This document shows, one piece after another, positions 26,071 to 36,859 of a stretch of DNA of 64,000 nucleotides; the stretch's first letter is position 1, and every line of letters begins with the position of its first letter. The position numbers and the translations under genes are program-made. This stretch comes from Octopus sinensis (Eukaryota), in NCBI RefSeq assembly GCF_006345805.1, contig NW_021835991.1:310001-374000 (forward strand), written 5' to 3'. The notes under the pieces were generated by a model. The model made no database searches. It saw nothing but the letters and a program-made list of their open reading frames with translations, and was not told where the DNA came from.

Positions 26071-28125
26071 TTCTGGTCAGTCCACAAGAAGTGATAATCT
26101 TATAATTAGAATTTATTTATCAGACATAATTTCATTTTAATTTGAAATAAATTTTAATAATAATCTCTGTTCTCTTTCAACGCATATTCCACGTTTTATA
26201 ATAAATATATCAACTTCGCCAACTCGGACGTTGTGGCAATGATAGAGTTTTATTAACCGTGCTTACTAGTTCAAGGAAATAAGACCAGGAACAAAAGACA
26301 GCTGTGGAAATACGGAACACTATCGAGGCCCTGATAAGTTACTGAGCACAGATTGAGAAGGAAATGCCCAACTCGATTTTATTGCGTGCTACTACATAAA
26401 TACGGAAAATTTCAGTGTTGCAGTTTATAAGACATTGACAAGAGCTGGTGAGTCATGTGGTGAAGGAATGTGTAGGGACTCTGTCCACCACGGGACATTT
26501 AAATAACTTTATTTTCTCAATAGATCTACGTAGTTTTGGAAAAGCCAGATTACTGGATAAAGCGCGGAGTGCCCATGATATGCGCTCTCAGTCAATTTTC
26601 TTCCTTTTCGAGCCTGCGCTTGGCTCTGCGGTCATTCTCAGTTTGATGGGCACACTCGGCAAAGCTTACTCCGTTGTTCCGTTTATAAACCAATCCATTA
26701 GGGATTCTTCCAGCTGGACCATTCCAAACTTATGTTTTGCACACATATTCTTCAATGTTCTCCAGATAACCACTCTAAACTATATTAACTCGTCATTCGT
26801 TTTTGAGAATTGGTTTGTTTAACACTTTTCAATTAGTCTAAATTATTAACATTTGATTCATCGCTAATTTCATTATTTGGATTTTCTCACACTTTCTATT
26901 GCTTAGTTAAGACCTCTCACACTTTATTTTTTATGTAAATGGCTTTAAAAGGAATAATCTGAGATGTAATTTTTTTAATGCTTACATTATCTGGAAATTC
27001 ATCATGTGTATTTTTTGAGTTTATTCCTATAATCTGTTTATATATTAAAATTTTCGGTTTTGCGAATTGGTTTGTTTATCGCAGGGGTGGCCAACCTTTT
27101 TCACCGGCGAGCTACTTTTCATATTGCGATTTTTTGGCGATCGACTTATATATTTTATCGCCGCTTTCTTGCACTGTTTTTTGATTGAGGGAAACTATAA
27201 AAAGTAATCAAATTTGGGGATCACCAACCAACATTGATTTGCTTGATAAATGGTCTCTTTATCCAAATGTTGATCAGTTCGAGATTGATAGAAGACTCGT
27301 GGTTGATCTAACATATAAATCAATTTATTTTGTTAAATGCATGAATAGATAGGCTGAAATGGAATAAAATTCATTGGATATTCATATGAATTATACGCGT
27401 TTCTGCGTGTGGAATTTGTTGTATCTCCAGATTCACCTTTAAAATACGTTTCTATCACTGATACGGTGTGATTGTAGTTATTAGCCATGCATAGAGGCAT
27501 GTATGTATCTCTTATTTACAGTAACTGATTATTTTAAAATTCAAAAAAGTCAAACCGAGAGTATTTTGACGATGTAGTATGTGCTACAGTTATCGACATA
27601 TAAATTCCATTTAACCTCGAACATTCGTCATCCAGTCAAGTAGCCTTTGGTGATTTCAGTGAGCTGGTGGTTCTGAAGTAACTGTCATGAATACATCACG
27701 ACAATATTTTTTCAGTACTCATTTCAATACTGTCGAATATTCCGTTTACTTCGATGAATCTTTTGGAGATTATTCCTTTGACTTTTGTTTGGGTCTGGTC
27801 AAAAATGAGGAATACGAGTCTAAAAATGTGATTTGATAAATATGATTCTACTTTTACCCACAGATATAAGGTCATCAAGTGTTGCCCCGACTTTTCTCTT
27901 TCTTCGGAAGAGTGGGTTTTTTTCGAGCTTTATAAAACCGAAGTAGCTGGAAAAAAGTGCAAGATGGCTGTCAGCCATCATATTTGTGGTAATTTATGAT
28001 TAAAGTTTAGTTACTCTGAGAGATAATATTCAAGCTGATATTGTATAAGATAGGAAAGCGCAGCTTATATTCTTTATGAAGTTCATATGGGTCCATTCTA
28101 AACGATTTCAACTGCAAACGTAACG

Positions 28126-28160
28126 TTAATCTAGAGTCTAGATTCTAGACTCTAGATTAA
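28126..28160. repeat. 35-bp palindrome TTAATCTAGAGTCTAGA-T-TCTAGACTCTAGATTAA (partial copies 24654-24680 and 53111-53142)
   Basis: Perfect 17-bp arms around one central base; four TCTAGA cores. Confidence 0.95.
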
Positions 28161-28299
28161 TGATCCAAAATAGTATTTGATGAGGTTTCTTGTCTGGATT
28201 GGTAGAATTTACACCTGTTCAGATATTCCCACACCAAGTTGTAAAGAGTATGTTCAATAATAAGTTTTTTTTAATTAATATCTTTTTTGAGGCAACTAC

Positions 28300-28700
28300 A
28301 CCGTTGACCCGCCATGTTTCGACATCTTTCCGCGTTATATTCCATTAAGAAAGCTGACTCATCTAACAAGTCAACTGATAGTCGCAGCTTATTTCATTTA
28401 GCGATAAGAAGATTTGTTTCCCTGACATTTTGATCACAAAAATTATCGATTTTCATGCCAAGCAGATGTTTTGGATGTCTTAATTTTAATACATAATTTA
28501 TTGAATTCGGCAAATTTGCCATTTTATGTCAATACAGTGGAAGTTGTGACTGTTGGTTGAATATAACATCTATTTTTAATAACAATTAAGCCTAATAAAT
28601 ATCACTAACGACCATGTCAAATTCTGTTATAGACAAATACTAATTATTGGATAAACATATTTCGACTGGGGTTTGAAATGCTTATTTTAGAGCCGGTGTA
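28300..28700 (-). mobile_element. possible decayed LTR-retrotransposon integrase remnant (copy B ~53270-53660)
   Basis: VLT*NGKFAEFNKLCIKIKTSKTSAWHEN resembles the integrase core pattern SDNG..F..LC..TS.YHP. Confidence 0.3.
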
Positions 28701-29071
28701 AAATAAAAGAAATGAAAGAGAATTGGGATTTTGACATTCTGATGAAATACCATGACAGAAAATCGCTTCTTGTGTAATAATTATGTCACGTCCCTTGGTT
28801 AGTGGGAACTACCTAGTCAGACACTTTATTCTCACTATGTCATATCTTGCCTTCAATCAAAAGTCTACGACTCAAAGGAAGATTATCAAAAATTCTTAAA
28901 TAATCTTTTCTATTTGTCAATTTTCTTTACAAAATAACTTTCGAATTAGTAAATTGATTTATTGATACAACTTTCATTTTAATTCTGAGATGAAATTTAA
29001 ATGATTTTTTTCCAGGAGTGGAAGAATTTTAAAAAATTTTACTTTTGCAAAAATTATGACAAATAATAATT

Positions 29072-31657
29072 ATTATTATTATTTGCAACATACGTAGAAT
29101 CATATTAGTTATAATTTTACTCGTGCAGCATTAAAAACAATCCTTTGAACCAGCCTCCTCCAACCTCCTCTGTCGTGAGCGAGTTTTCTCAGCTCGTCCA
29201 GATCCTCACCACTCCTTAGCCTTTTCTTCACACATTTCAGGTCTCCGTCAAGTGTTTCCGGCAGCGTAACACGTGGACGTCCACGGAAGCTCGATCCCTC
29301 TTTCAGGAAGTAGCCCTCCATTGCTATGTTAGCTGGGGCAAGCATGTCCATTCGTAGAATATGGCCAAATAACCTCCACCGCATATTGACGATTTCCACA
29401 CTCAGAGGGCCAGTTCTGCATCTATTGTATAGCGATTCCTGGTTGATTCTTATAGGCCAGTTCAATCCCAGTAGGGATCTAAGTTGCCTGCGGTGAAAAG
29501 AATCGAGTCCACGTTGTTCAGTACTAGACATTCCCCAGGTCGCCGAATTATATGTCAGGATTGGTTTGACAAAGGCTTCATACATCCTCAGACGAAGTGA
29601 CGTACAGAGTCGTCGTTTGCCGATCCACTCTTTCTTTATCTTGTTCATCGTGGCCCAAGCGAGAGCCTTTCTTCTGACAATATCATGGCCGTCCCCAAGT
29701 AGAGAACCGAGTTTGTTCGTTTTGCGCCAGGCTTCACTTGAGCTGCTCTCCATCCTCATGATTTCAACGATGTCGGTTTTTCCAACGTTCATTTTAAGGA
29801 ACCATCTGTTCAGCTCAGCAGGTGCCACTTCAAGGAGTCGAAGTAAGGCCGATTTGTCGTCTGACACGAAGTCGACGTCATCTGCATATACAATTTCGAC
29901 GATATTGCCAGCATAGAATTTTCGAAGGTCTCGTAGTGCCGTCTCCAGATAGATCACGAATAGCAACGGCGAGAGGGCGTCTCCCTGAGGGGTACCGACG
30001 TTGCACGTGAATTCACGGGAAAACGCCGTGCCGACCCGCACCTTGAGCTTTGTGTTCGATAGTAGTACTCTTATCATATTGACAGAGTCAGGGTCCAGGA
30101 ATTGTTCCAGTATTTTGAGGAGTAGACCACGGCGTACCGTGTCAAAGGCCCTAGACAGGTCTATTCCCAGGACTGTTGTTGCACTTTTGTATCTCTGGGT
30201 GATAGCGCAGTACCACTTGTGGGCCCAGACAGCATCGGCGGTGGATCTTCCTGTCCTAAATCCACTATGACTCGGGGATAGATAGTTGTCCACTTGTTCT
30301 CTTATTCGGTTCAGTGTAACTAATCCCAAAAGTTTCCGTAAGGTGTTTAGCAAGATTATAGGGCGTAGATTTTCGACAGGCCCAGCCTGCTTGTTAGGCT
30401 TTTGGATCGGTATTAATAATCCGGAATCAAGACCGAGGAATTCCTTTTTCATAAACATACCATTGAGTAGCTCCGCCAGTTTGTCTGTTAGTGCAGGCGG
30501 TCCGTATTTAAACAGTTCTGAATTTATTCCATCCGGTCCAGAGGAGCGGCCATTTTTAAGTTTGGCTATTGCAGTTGATACTTCACCGGTGGTGATAGGT
30601 AGGCTGAGATGAGTGGTGTATCCGCTGGTGTAATCGGATATTTCTCCGTGAGCGGTTAATATACTCTCGAAATACGAGGCTATATATTCAGCCTGCTCTT
30701 TGGGATTTGTGATGAATCTTCCATTGCTGTCATGGATTTTGAGTTTGTTAGTTTGTTTTTTCCTGTTGAGTAGGCGGATTGCCGTAAACATTTTTGAAGA
30801 GTCCTTTAGCTGTTCAATTCCTGCAGCTATTAAGTCGAGTTTGTTAGTGAAGTTTGTCTTGTTCAACATTTTGATTTTTTTCTGGGTAGATGAACGTCTA
30901 TTCTGTAAGATTTGTTTCTTCTTCGGATCAGATGTGTTTTCCAGTTGTAGTCTTAGCTCCTTTTGTTCTTTGATGAGGGCAGGGAGATCAGAGTGTATAC
31001 CTTTGTTGCATAGTACTTGCGACCGAAGGCCAATTGCCTCGTCGGCTGCCAAGAGGATCCCTTTCATTGTCTCCGCCCAGGCACCTCCTGGAGAAAGTTC
31101 GGCATTTATGTTTCCAAGAGATTTCATGATTGACAGTTGGTAGTTGTCTCTGACCAGCGTAGATGAGCACAGTTGTTCGATTTTATGCCTTATCCTTACA
31201 TCAGCGTTGGGCCCCCTTCGTCGTAGGTCAATTGATGTCTTCATAGCAAACTTGGCAGAGACAATTTTATGATCACTGTAAGTAGCTGCACCTCCATAAG
31301 ACCTTGAGTCTCGGAGAAGCGATTTTTCCCCGGCTCGACAGACGATGTAGTCAATTTGGTTGAAAATGTTGACGGACCCTGCGGTCGGTGAGGGTCGTTG
31401 GCCAGTCCACGTCGTTTTGTGACGCGCGGGATGCTGGAAACCGGTGTTGCATAGGAATAGGTCAAAGACCCGACAGAATTCAGCTAGAACAGTTCCTGGA
31501 TAGTTTCTGATTCCTCTTCCGTGATGGCCAATAAAACTTTCGTTTCCCTTACGGGTTCCAACTTTCGCATTCCAGTCCCCGGCAACAAACAGAAAGTACG
31601 AAGAGCCGAGGTCTGTTAATGTCCTTCCTAATTCCTCATAGAAGATATCAAGTTCTT
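29072..31657 (-). mobile_element. RTE-clade LINE, 5'-truncated, young, with 12-bp TSD and (AAT)n tail
   Basis: CAAATAATAATT at 29060-29071 and 31658-31669. AAT repeats at the 3' end. Open frame from ~31657 to 29109. Confidence 0.9.
29109..31657 (-). CDS. APE endonuclease (C-terminal part) plus reverse transcriptase, uninterrupted but lacking its N-terminus
   Basis: In frame upstream of the listed ORF: GDWNAKVG, NQIDYI, SDHKIV (APE). RT motifs GPDGI, LRPI, DLSRAFD, GTPQGDALSP, YADD. RTE-type tail RWRLFGHILRM..RGRP. Confidence 0.9.
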
Positions 31658-31923
31658 CAAATAATAATTGTCTATAAATTATTAATTTTAAGGATACACA
31701 AAATATTATAAACCTACATATAACAATAAAAAAACCATTTTCAGGAAGTCAACTATATTTAAATCGTCTTTCAATAAAAAAACATTTCCCTCGACAATTT
31801 ACACCTTTGCTAGACTACGCTCAACAAACGTGTGTTAAAGGGAGTATTACCAGGGCATTATCCAGCCTGTGACATTTTGTTTTTAATTTTATTATATAAC
31901 AAATTAGGTCAAGAGAAAAATCG

Positions 31924-32530
31924 TCATTGGCAGATACCCAGAGTATTGCCTCTGACTATGGCTATAGATATTCGTTCGATTAAATACCGGTGCTCACACG
32001 GGTCGCCGGTAACCCTTTCGATTAATGAGGCAATGCGTTGGAGTAGGGTCCGAGTAGAAGGCCCCTGTATTCCTGACGTCTCAACAGCCAGGGGGACAAA
32101 CATTCCCAATTCCAGCGTATTTCTCAGCTTTTCTCTTCACAGCCCGTTCAGACGGGGCTCCAGGATTCTCGATGCTTAATTTGATATTCTGATTGGAAAA
32201 GGAGTTCACACACATGACGTCCCAAACCAGACACTTTCTCCTCTGAAATGGAAATATAGTCATCCCATCGGGTTTTCTGCCGTCCTCTACGAAAATCCCT
32301 GCAGGTTCCAATTGTGTGTGGAATCCAGCAGTTCGAAGAGATTGACAGATGATCTGGTTCAGTTCGGAATGCCGTGAGGAACGTCCAATTCCGTTTCGAC
32401 ATGAGAGGGAGTGATATCCAAACTCGTCAGTCCACACGCCGCACCGGCATTGGTGTTTTGCATAAACGCGTAGACCGAGGCGCAGACTAACTCCAATTCT
32501 TACGGCTTCATCATTAAGAAGGCAGCCAGT
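31924..32530 (-). mobile_element. CRE-clade 3' fragment, second family (copy B 55855-56460)
   Basis: VRIGVSLRLGL..CRCG..HSLSC..RH..N..LEP..KPDG..WDV.C..ETSG..RISIAIVRGN. Confidence 0.88.
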
Positions 32531-32617
32531 TGTTTTTAATTTTTTAATTTTTAAATTTATTTTATCATTTGTAAATAAAAAATATTTATAATTAATTGAA
32601 TGTTCATTAGCAACTGA

Positions 32618-32900
32618 AAATGAAAATTGGTCCTGGTCCACTCGACTCGATTAAAAAACTCAAATTAAAATTAAGTTTACCAGGCGACAATTGGCAAACA
32701 TATAATATAATTGGGAGGAACAAAGTGATAATGGACTTGTCAAAAGCCGAATTAGACACAAGATTGGCTTTTTAAAATTTTTAAAGGAATTATATTTTGA
32801 TGATAATCCGATTTCCTGGCCTTCTGAAAATGTGCTGTTTTGCAAAGATATTAAAAAAATTAAAAAATATCTGACCACATTTAAACTTAAAAATTAAAAT
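32618..32900 (+). pseudogene. LRR gene copy A with ~1.25 kb internal deletion
   Basis: Same start as 56540, but jumps from ..TTAGACACAA directly to GATTGGCTTTTT (57930 in copy B). Confidence 0.8.
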
Positions 32901-33371
32901 TTTTATTAGTAATGATCGATTTCAACGTAGTCAATTATGTTTGCGTCCAGTGTAAGTTTGAAATGAATATTTATATTAGAATTTGAATAAATTAATAAAT
33001 GTTCGTTTTGGTTGATCTTGGACATGAAATAAGCTGTCTATTTAAGTAGTTTTAGAAAACAAAAATTATCAACACAAATAAAAATCTTTATTTTATTCAT
33101 TTAAAAATATAAACATCTAACACTCCTAAACATCATTTCAGTATGTTTCTTGAAACGTAGTAATGAGGAATAGGTCCAATATCCTCTTTATTATAAGAAC
33201 TTAGACAGGTTCGTATGTTTAGGTAATCAAAGATGATTTTGGATAGAGGCTGCTAGTCTGACTGGGGTCCAAAAGATGAGGCCTTTTTAGTGATCAATGA
33301 GAGAGTCGTCATTTTGAATCAGATTAAAGACTAAATTTAATTTTTAGTATTTAATAAAAATGATTTTTTCG

Positions 33372-33455
33372 CAATAAATCAAATTAACGTATGAATTTCC
33401 ACAATAAATCAAATTAACGTTATGAATTTCTACAATAAATCAACTTAACGTTATG
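33372..33455 (+). repeat. ~30-bp tandem repeat x3 (CAATAAATCAAATTAACGTTATGAATTTC..)
   Basis: Read directly. A degraded copy lies at ~58725-58810. Confidence 0.75.
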
Positions 33456-33479
33456 AGCATAATTTAAAGCGTTGCGTCA

Positions 33480-35200
33480 TGTGGTTCACCGGTTGTTACA
33501 ACTCTAGAGGCGCACAGAATGCTCCTAAAGCATTCGAGAAAAGAACCATTCATTCTTTCCAGCTGGAATTATCCAGACAACAATCCCGGAGACTTGAACG
33601 CAAAGCATCTGACTTGGCTTAAATACCAACGGGCAGACTCAAGAGAGGATGGTCTCTATTGGAACAACTCTCTGCCATGTCTTTCCTTAACAATCCGAAG
33701 ACCTACACTAGGACACCTTATAAGGATACCGAACGCTTAACATCTCCGGACATTACACTATCCTCAACTAACTTATCCTCAGCCATTTCATGGACAGTAG
33801 ACTACGATCTTAATTCAAATCACAATCCAATCATCATCAGGATCAAGAAAGCCTTTTCTTAAATGAACAAAACTATTTTTATCTATTACAAGAGCGCAAA
33901 CTGGGAGAGATATGCTAACTTCACCGGCGCAATGCTGCAAAACTTTGATATTAAACTGTTCAAATTAATCGACGGAGCTGTCAAGTGCATAGAGGAGGCG
34001 ATCTTGCTGGGTAGAAAACTATTTATTCCAAAATGCACTTACCATCACTTCGACAAAAATCTCGACCAGGAGACAAAAATCCTCATCGGGAAAAGAAACT
34101 TCATTTAAAAGAATTTAATTTATATTCCCGGAGAAAGAAAAAAAATAAAGAACCTCAACGATTCCATTGCTAAGAAACTCAAAGCATCCCAAAGAAGAAG
34201 ATAGGAAAAGCAAATCAAAACGCTTGAAAAGGAAAAATCTGCCCAATGCACGTGGAACGCTCTCAAAAAGTTCAGACCTGCCAACCATTGCACAGACTCA
34301 GAAGAAAAGTCAACCTGAATTGAGTAAACTCATGAAATTCTACGCCGGAATCAGCCACAAGAATCATCTAAAGATAAACTCATATTATGTAAGCAATAAA
34401 CCAAAGAAATCAAACACAGGAGGAGGCATATCCCCTGCTGAGGTTGCAGCGGTGATTACCAGTACAAAATCATCCATATCCTGTGGACTAGACTTGATTC
34501 CAACAATTTTGCTAAAGCAACCTTGGTCCCATCGGAATTGATGCAGTGACAAACATTTCAACTATTCTGTTAACCAGAATCAAATACCAAATATATGGAA
34601 AAATTCTCTTATATGTCCAATTCTCAAGCCGGGCCGACCGAAGAACGTCCCCTCCTCATATGTACTCATCTCACTTTTATCTTCAATTGCAAAGATTCTT
34701 GAAAAACTAATTCTCAATTTGATCACCCCTATACATACATCCAACATGGCTTGAGGAGTAATTTCTTTACCTCGACAAATCTTAACATATTAACCCAGTT
34801 TATAATGGAAGCTTATCTCAAATCAACGCAAAAATATTTGGCCTATCCATCGACTCGAACATAAAACTTTGGCTTTTGAATTTCCTCAGCGGAAGGAGAG
34901 GGCGTGTATGCCTGAATGGAATCAAATCAATCTCAAGATTGCTTCCAAATGCGTTCCCCAAGGCTCCTCCTCTTTCCTGCTCTATTCAATTTATACCTAG
35001 CCGACATTCCTAACCCTGAAATGGAAGACTCAATCATTCTCGCCTACGCCGACGACCTACTCATTGGATCACGTGATCAAGATCTCTCGAAAGCTTCCAA
35101 AAGAACACAAGATCTCTTATTACAAATTAGAACTTGGCTATATTAAAACAGGATGGACATCTTCCCAGAAAAATCGTCCACTACCCTATTTACGTCGGAC
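33480..35200 (+). mobile_element. decayed APE-RT LINE (I/Jockey/R1-like); copy B ~58830-60550
   Basis: GDLNAKHLTW, SPDITL, DLNSNHNPI (APE), GLDLIP, LFNLYLADIP..LAYADDLL (RT). Many frameshifts. Confidence 0.8.
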
Positions 35201-35385
35201 AAGAGACTCGGAGGCCGTACTGTTGATAGGGAAAAGCTGAGAATGATCTTGAGGATTGTCGGAATCAGCTAATTAATTACCCTAATTAACTATTGGTGAT
35301 TCTTGGGTTAAAAATAAATAAGTTTGTAATATTCGATTATTGGTAAGGTGACTTAAGACTTTAAAACAAAAAATAATTCCAAATT

Positions 35386-36691
35386 TAGCTAATTTAAATT
35401 AGTTGCCGAGCGGATGGAATGGCAATTCCGACGAAATACCGTGAACGATATCCGCTGAAAAAGCCAGCTCGTTTCACGATTGTCATGACTCTTCCTAGAG
35501 ATTGCTGAATTAATTTCTGAGCGTATTTTGAGCGCTTTGGGTCCAATTACCCCACTGGTCTCGAAAGCCGAGGGATGAAGCAGGAGGTATCGGTCTACGA
35601 GGCATATTTTGCAGTTTTCCTAGATTCGGCAAGGCCAAATGTAGATTCAGGACGGGAAGCATCACCTCTTTTGACGACCTTGTTATTCTCGGATCCCCGA
35701 TCAGTGGGAAGGGTACTAGGAAGGCTCTCAATAACAAGGAAGAGAAGATAAAAGTCCTCATTTTGCGTATCTGCAAACTCTAATCACACCTGAAGCTTTT
35801 TCTACTCAAGAATATCTCTTTATTTTGAAACGTACTTTTTTCGTGCGCTCAAAGCCCTGCTTTCTCGTGCAGGAATACTTATCTCGTCTTGATAATCTGG
35901 TTTTGAAAACTCTTGAGTCATTGGTAAACATCATGTTCAAATCCGATGATATACTCTGTGTTAATTTACCGAGTCGTTATGGGGCATCCGCTTTTGCAGA
36001 GATTATCCCTCCTATGTTATCTATCATCGTTGTCAAGTTTGACTAATTTCGTCATCTCTGTTTTCTTTCCCTCTTCTGAACAATGCCAGTTTTTGGAATA
36101 TGTGGCTGGTGTCAACGAGTGGGTTTCTAGGGGGCTTAAAATCTCGGATACTCCATTTGTTCAAAGGAACTGGGATAAAATATATTGCTCGCAAATATCG
36201 AAGATATCCGCCTATATGAAGACCTGTTTCAGTTGGCAAGTATTAATTTTGCTTGTCAGCTACATTCGGCCGATTGGCTTAATGAGTTACCGATCTCGTC
36301 AGTCGTTATGCTCCTGGACAACGAATCAGTCCGCATTGGAATTTGTCCTTGGCATTGAGATTCGCGAGCCGCATCATTGTAGATGTGGAACTCATCGACA
36401 GGAGGAGGCATACTCTCTCTTTTGTCGCGTTAGAGCTGGTAGGATCCCCAGACACGCCCCATTAAATGATGTTGTGAAACGTGTGCTTAACGCCTCTGGA
36501 TTCCCCTCAATATTAGAACCCGTTGGACTGGACCTCTGGGACAGAAACGCCTTAATGGGTCGACTTTATTCCTGTTAAGGGAGTTAAATTTTTGAAATAA
36601 TTAAAGTTTTCAAAATTTATTTAAAATTTCTGTCTTTTTCAATGGATATCATGCTTGCCTGTCCATCCGCTCGGCGACTAATTTAAATTAG
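35386..36691. mobile_element. two oppositely oriented decayed CRE fragments (minus 35386-35710, plus ~35760-36691); copy B 60725-62012
   Basis: Minus strand: FETSG..LFQRISFT. Plus strand: NLPSRYG, QRNWD, CRCG..CRVRAGRIPRHAPLNDVVKR..LEPVGLD. Both end in ..CGCTCGGC(A/G)ACTAATTTAAATTAG. Confidence 0.8.
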
Positions 36692-36859
36692 CGAACAGTT
36701 TTTTCATTTCTTCTTTACCCATAATATATTAATGGTTTTTTTGTTAGTTTGGGTGATAGTGTAATTAAAAATTTTAAATATTCGACAAAATTTTTTATTT
36801 TTTGGTTTAAAATAATTTTTTTGTACTATTTTTGAAATTAAAACTTTAACAGTTAAAAG

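Larger units (their letters stand above)
21210..28152 (+). repeat. tandem duplication of a ~3.47 kb unit (21210-24680 and 24681-28152)
   Basis: TCCTTTCCTGACATTTAG starts both units. Identical ORFs are offset by 3470-3472 nt, and the differences seen are mostly homopolymer lengths. Confidence 0.95.
19842..36858 (+). repeat. segmental duplication, copy A (copy B 43300-62178)
   Basis: Begins TATTAGAGGATTTAC..AGAAGATGGGAGG at both 19842 and 43300 and ends ..AAACTTTAACAGTTAAAA at both 36858 and 62178. Gene and fragment order is collinear. Confidence 0.9.
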
